This document shows positions 34,695 to 35,637 of a DNA stretch of 35,637 nt, piece by piece. The stretch covers positions 1-35,637 of the IMG/VR virus record IMGVR_UViG_3300025168_000276, one strand, 5' to 3'. Below the pieces are notes generated by a model. That model did no database searches, was not told the DNA's origin, and worked only from the letters and a program-made list of their open reading frames with translations. Every line of letters starts with the position of its first letter. Position 1 is the first letter of the stretch. Position numbers and translations under genes: made by a program. The DNA comes from a virus (Duplodnaviria > Caudoviricetes).

Positions 34695-34974
34695 TACGTT
34701 TGCGTCCTTCGTTTATCGCGTCTACTAACTTTCCGCTGACGTTGACTTCTGCTTTGACCTCGGCGGGGATGATCTTTTGCAGCAACGCACAAAACACCCG
34801 GGGATCGTCCTTAGCCACCTGCACCAAATAATCAACGCCTCCAGACAACTCAAAAGCTTTTGCAATAGCCGCCTTAACGTCAATCGTAAGCTGGCGATGC
34901 GGTCGCTTACGGCCAGCAACATTTTGTCGAGCCCCGCCACTACTACGTTTTTTATTTTTTTGACCATCTGCCAT
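34657..34974 (-). CDS. Putative terminase small subunit
   Basis: Basic N-terminus, VKAAIAKAFELSGGVDYL...DPRVFCALLQKIIP; overlaps the terL start. Confidence 0.7.
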   Translation of the reverse strand: MADGQKNKKRSSGGARQNVAGRKRPHRQLTIDVKAAIAKAFELSGGVDYLVQVAKDDPRVFCALLQKIIPAEVKAEVNVSGKLVDAINEGRKRSGITIDENGDEC

Positions 34975-34992
34975 GTGTCTTCCAGATTTATC

Positions 34993-35027
34993 GATGACAA
35001 AATAACAACTATTGACCACTAGCGCAA
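34993..35027 (-). promoter_or_regulatory. Putative late promoter with overlapping operator-like site
   Basis: TTGCGC(35027-35022)-N17-TATTTT(35004-34999); GATGACAAAATAACAAC (34993-35009,+) matches the 17-mer motif. Confidence 0.6.
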
Positions 35028-35030
35028 CAC

Positions 35031-35068
35031 AAACAAAACCCCTCGCCGCAGGGTCAACGACGAGGGGT
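35031..35068 (-). terminator. Rho-independent terminator closing the upstream operon
   Basis: Minus strand ACCCCTCGTCGT-TGACCCT-GCGGCGAGGGGT followed by TTTGTTT. Confidence 0.8.
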
Positions 35069-35106
35069 GAGTTTGCAAGCTATAGAAGCTCACTGGGAGG
35101 AATGCC

Positions 35107-35502
35107 TTACTTTTTTACAGTATCAACTCTTGTGATTATGTCAATCACTTGATCGACCGCGTCCGCTGGGGTTTTTGCTTTCACAACATGCGCCAAATGA
35201 TTTCGATCGCGCAATGCGTCTATTCGATCCTGCTGGCTAACCGACAGCCGACCTCGCGCAGTTTTCATTTCGATAAACAAACAACGTCCGCCGTCCAGGT
35301 AGACTCTAAGATCGGGCTCGCCGGCTGCCATACCCAGAGCCTTCCGCCGGGCTCCATCCCGCAAAGATCGGCGCCCGGCATTTTGATCGGCGGCAAACAA
35401 ATAACCCTCTCGCCGTAAATGTTGCGCCACGGCCAACTGCAAATCGTCCTCTTTCCATTTTATTAATGGATTATCCCACGATGCTTTGTTTAGAATGCTC
35501 AA
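35107..35502 (-). CDS. VRR-NUC domain nuclease
   Basis: EDDLQ...LGMAAGEPDL...FIEMKTARGRLSVSQ. Confidence 0.88.
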   Translation of the reverse strand: MSILNKASWDNPLIKWKEDDLQLAVAQHLRREGYLFAADQNAGRRSLRDGARRKALGMAAGEPDLRVYLDGGRCLFIEMKTARGRLSVSQQDRIDALRDRNHLAHVVKAKTPADAVDQVIDIITRVDTVKK

Positions 35503-35514
35503 CGAAACAACGCC

Positions 35515-35637
35515 TTATTTTTTTCGGCTGCGGTTTGTTTTGCGGCTGACCACACGCAGATTACTGCGCCGGTTGTCATTTGGATTCTTGTTTTTGTGAT
35601 CGACTTCCCGGCCGCTCAAGTTCGCCCCGGTCGCCGC
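35515..35637 (-). CDS. HNH endonuclease, C-terminal part, enters from the right edge
   Basis: My translation: ...GREVDHKNKNPNDNRRSNLRVVSRKTNRSRKK*. Confidence 0.85.
   Translation of the reverse strand, partial: AATGANLSGREVDHKNKNPNDNRRSNLRVVSRKTNRSRKK

Larger units (their letters stand above)
1..35637. mobile_element. Temperate podovirus-like bacteriophage genome (partial, apparently excised form), BPP-1/epsilon15-like virion module
   Basis: Contiguous terminase-portal-scaffold-capsid-tail tube-ejection-fibre-lysis genes on the minus strand, plus integrase, attP, repressor and recombination genes; no host housekeeping genes; no tape-measure or sheath gene. Confidence 0.96.

Noticed and set aside
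35515-35545. Suspected frameshift at the HNH C-terminus
   Set aside because: On recount the frame reads intact (SRKTNRSRKK*).

Overview
The window holds most of the genome of a temperate, short-tailed (podovirus-like) dsDNA phage. Its head-tail gene order resembles Bordetella BPP-1 and epsilon15. It appears to be the excised form, because an intact attP carries the 3' half of a tRNA-Asn(GTT) flanked by Int arm repeats on both sides. The host is probably an alphaproteobacterium (inference). From left to right: a partial SF2 helicase, a Cas4-like nuclease, a DUF669-like protein and a Sak4-like ATPase; a divergent CI-like repressor with no cro; xis, a Lys-rich microprotein, int and attP; a two-gene plus-strand accessory island; a lysis cassette; tail fibre and adhesin genes; a 3225-aa polyvalent ejection protein; other ejection and tail-tube genes; capsid, scaffold, portal and terminase; VRR-NUC; and a partial HNH gene. 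The best candidate for an undescribed system is the lysis-lysogeny switch. The repressor's S24-like C-terminal domain seems to lack the autocleavage residues. The island next to attP encodes a wHTH protein and an HTH-less paralog of that same repressor domain, behind phased 21-bp repeats and a near-match to the alphaproteobacterial LexA box. This suggests a dominant-negative 'headless repressor' antirepressor. Two other notable signals: a 17-bp operator-like motif recurring at early and late promoters, and a repeated [RN]-x-[FL]-x-Q motif at each effector-domain boundary of the giant protein. Family assignments come from motif recognition by eye; no database searches were run.
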